64,000 nt of DNA from Candidatus Kapaibacterium sp. (GTDB taxonomy: Bacteria > Bacteroidota > Ignavibacteria > Kapaibacteriales > UBA2268), in contig OY762428.1 of the NCBI GenBank assembly GCA_963665665.1, positions 2,240,001-2,304,000 of the forward strand. The letters run 5' to 3'. Made by a program: the position numbers and the translations under genes. Of the stretch, positions 61,776-64,000 are shown one piece after another (within the stretch, counting starts at the first letter, position 1; each line of letters starts with the position of its first letter). The notes under the pieces are model-generated. The model saw only the letters and a program-made list of their open reading frames with translations. It had not been told where the DNA came from and made no database searches.

Positions 61776-63338
61776 ATGACAAATAATGTTATCAATCTGA
61801 AGAAAAAGATAAAAGATTTTAAAACCGAAGGAATCAAATTTTCCGTATCAGGCAGGGAAATTCTGCCATATTATGATATAATTGATTTTCTAAAAATATA
61901 TTATCCGTTTATTAATTTGAAACAGATAGAAAGTTCATTTGGCAGTACATATATACCCTCTGATTTGTATGGCGGAAGGAAGTATAACCCTGAAAAATCA
62001 TTTACTGACGGGCATATTGCAAAATTGGCTGAGAATAATATTAACTTATCTTTAACACTTACCAATCATTACTTTTCTCCGGATATTTACGAAAAAAGTA
62101 AATATTTACTTGAGAAATACCATAAAGCCGGCAATTCAGTAATATGTGTAAATGATGAACTTGCAAAACAGATAAGGATTGATTTCCCGAAATATCAGCT
62201 CAGGGCAAGTATTATTAAAAATATAAATACTTTGAAAAAAGTTGAGGAAAATCTGGAAATATATGATTTTATTGTGATACCCATGGATAAAAATGACGAT
62301 GATGAATTTTTGAAAAGCCTGCCGGAAAAGAAAAAAATTATGCTTTTTGCCAATGCATCATGCGCTTATTCATGCCCGACAAGAACCTGCTATAAAGGAT
62401 TTTCGGAGGTAAATAGAGGTGGCGATCAGGTAAATCTTTGCTCAAGAAATAAAGTTGACAGATTGAACATGGGGCTTGTATTTTTTGATGTGCTGAAATT
62501 CAGGGATATGGGATTTGATTATTTTAAACTTGTTCCTTTGAAACAATATAAAACTAATGATGTAATAAAATTTTACAGCGAAAAAAGACTAAAACAAAAA
62601 ATTAATTTTAATGAAAAAAACATGTTTTATTTGTGTTCATTCCCAAAATCCGGGAGGACATGGCTGCGCTTTATACTGGCAAATTATATTAATCTATATT
62701 TTAAAACCGACGAAAAAATTAACCTTAACAATATGTTTGAATTCATTCCTAATAATATTTACGGAGGGCAAAAAGGTTTTGCCAGATTCAGATATTATAA
62801 CAGGCCGGAAATACCACTAATTTTATCTACCCATGAGAAATACAATCCGAATATTTTCAGTGAAAAAAGAATAATATTTTTAAAAAGGAACCCTTTGGAT
62901 ACGATAGTATCATACTATTTTCATATTAAAAATGATCCGGGATATCGGGGAAATATAAGCGAATTTATAAGAGATAAAAAATTTGGTATCAGGTATCTGA
63001 AAAGATACTATAAATTATGGGAAAAAAATCTGAATAATGAAAGTCTTATTATAAGCTATGAGGATATGATAGATGATATTGAATCTGTTATCATCAATGT
63101 TTTGAATTTTATTAATATTCAGGTTGATAATGAAATATTGAAGGAATCAATTAACAATTCTGATATTAATAATATGAGAAATTCAGAAAATCTGGTTAAA
63201 ATCCCTGACATGAATGAAAGTGCCGTCAGGGTAAGAAAAGGAAAGACAAATAATTACATGAATTATTTGTCTGAAGAGGATATTAAATATTGTAATGATA
63301 TTTTAGATGTAAAATTACATAAACTATTGGAAAAATAG
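61776..63338 (+). CDS. Fusion of an N-terminal U32-like Cys-cluster domain and a C-terminal PAPS-dependent sulfotransferase
   Basis: The C-half has 5'-PSB YLCSFPKSGRTWL, 3'-PB KRNPLDTIVSYY and RVRKGK. The N-half has YGGR, NLSLTLTN, NSVICVND, SIIK, DKNDDDEFL and ANASCAYSCPTRTCY...LC. The sulfotransferase call is strong and the U32-like call is moderate. Confidence 0.75.
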   Translation: MTNNVINLKKKIKDFKTEGIKFSVSGREILPYYDIIDFLKIYYPFINLKQIESSFGSTYIPSDLYGGRKYNPEKSFTDGHIAKLAENNINLSLTLTNHYFSPDIYEKSKYLLEKYHKAGNSVICVNDELAKQIRIDFPKYQLRASIIKNINTLKKVEENLEIYDFIVIPMDKNDDDEFLKSLPEKKKIMLFANASCAYSCPTRTCYKGFSEVNRGGDQVNLCSRNKVDRLNMGLVFFDVLKFRDMGFDYFKLVPLKQYKTNDVIKFYSEKRLKQKINFNEKNMFYLCSFPKSGRTWLRFILANYINLYFKTDEKINLNNMFEFIPNNIYGGQKGFARFRYYNRPEIPLILSTHEKYNPNIFSEKRIIFLKRNPLDTIVSYYFHIKNDPGYRGNISEFIRDKKFGIRYLKRYYKLWEKNLNNESLIISYEDMIDDIESVIINVLNFINIQVDNEILKESINNSDINNMRNSENLVKIPDMNESAVRVRKGKTNNYMNYLSEEDIKYCNDILDVKLHKLLEK

Positions 63339-63350
63339 TTATTATGATAT

Positions 63351-63476
63351 CTAAGAAGTATGATAAGTATCGCTTTCGCCATCAGTTTCAGGTGGTGAAG
63401 AAATATTTCCATCAGTATCGCTTGAATCAAAATCAATTACCTGTGGCTTTTTCCATTCTTTTTTATTGTCTTTCAT
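63351..63476 (-). CDS. Lasso peptide precursor (paeninodin-like), not in the ORF track
   Basis: Manual translation gives MKDNKKEWKKPQVIDFDSSDTD|GNISSPPETDGESDTYHTS*. It has a WxxP leader motif, Thr(-2), Gly1, Glu8 and a C-terminal Ser, and lies 70 bp downstream of a cyclase-like gene. Confidence 0.85.
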   Translation of the reverse strand: MKDNKKEWKKPQVIDFDSSDTDGNISSPPETDGESDTYHTS

Positions 63477-63546
63477 AATCAATTCTTTTTTTTTAAATAT
63501 ATATCAACTTAATCTGGATATAATATACTTAATTGTACAGTTAAAT

Positions 63547-63999
63547 TCAAATTTCTATTTGTTCAATAAATTTAATAGTAGCTATAGTATGCAGAATCAG
63601 CTTTGTTGTTTTTGAAAACAGATCCTGAGTATATTTCTCTGATTTTATATTCTCAAGAGTTTCTGATATTTTATTCTTATCGAATCGAATAATTCCATCA
63701 TTGCTATATGTATTAATAACTTTTTCAGTCCTGTTCATATCCAGTAAAACGCGATATGAAAGATCCTTTGCCTGCTTGCCGCGTTTGGTATTGCTAAGAA
63801 CTTTTTCGGGCAATTTTCCTTTCATAGCGCTTCTGATGAGATAACGTCCGATACCTTCGTGTTTGAATAATCCAGCAGGTATTTGTTTTGTAAATTCGCT
63901 AACGCGCCTATCGTTTGTGGCATCCCTGGTTTCAATTTTATTTATTAAATTATAATCAATATTACTATTAGATCCTGTATTGGATATATGTTTTTCAAG
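63547..63999 (-). CDS. Lasso peptide isopeptide-bond-forming cyclase / asparagine synthetase-like protein, C-terminal part (continues beyond the window)
   Basis: The frame is open to the window edge: ...IETRDATNDRRVSEFTKQIPAGLFKHEGIGRYLIRSAMKGKLPEKVLSNTKRGKQAKD. Confidence 0.82.
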   Translation of the reverse strand, partial: LEKHISNTGSNSNIDYNLINKIETRDATNDRRVSEFTKQIPAGLFKHEGIGRYLIRSAMKGKLPEKVLSNTKRGKQAKDLSYRVLLDMNRTEKVINTYSNDGIIRFDKNKISETLENIKSEKYTQDLFSKTTKLILHTIATIKFIEQIEI

Positions 64000-64000
64000 T

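Noticed and set aside
63547-63825. 92-aa ORF as a complete gene
   Set aside because: The frame stays open to the window end, so it is the C-terminus of a larger cyclase/AsnB-like protein.

Overview
This is a 64 kb chromosomal window from an AT-rich FCB-group bacterium, probably Ignavibacteria or Ca. Kapabacteria-like. That placement is inferred from several proteins with T9SS-type C-terminal domains, a monomeric Icd, GT9 enzymes and a DUF1800/DUF1501 pair. Most of the window is housekeeping (hemB, murI, trmB, icd, recG, trxA, eno, cysQ, mlaE, lolE-like, fetAB-like) and envelope or secreted proteins. It opens with the 3' end of an Hmc-like membrane redox operon whose NrfD/HybB subunit is fused to a six-heme cytochrome c domain. 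The strongest candidate for a new system is the low-GC right end. It holds a partial lasso-peptide cyclase (asparagine synthetase fold) and, directly after it, a 41-aa paeninodin-like lasso precursor missing from the ORF track (63351..63476, minus). Both converge on a fusion of a U32-like Cys-cluster domain with a PAPS sulfotransferase, with cysQ nearby. Other notable items are a RAYT transposase carrying its own REP palindrome in frame, a PAS-kinase-REC-LuxR hybrid lacking the phosphoacceptor His, a 6S-like rod-shaped RNA candidate, a GGA-rich sRNA candidate, a duplicated TetR operator and several REP-like repeat families. All family assignments come from motif recognition by eye, and no database searches were run.
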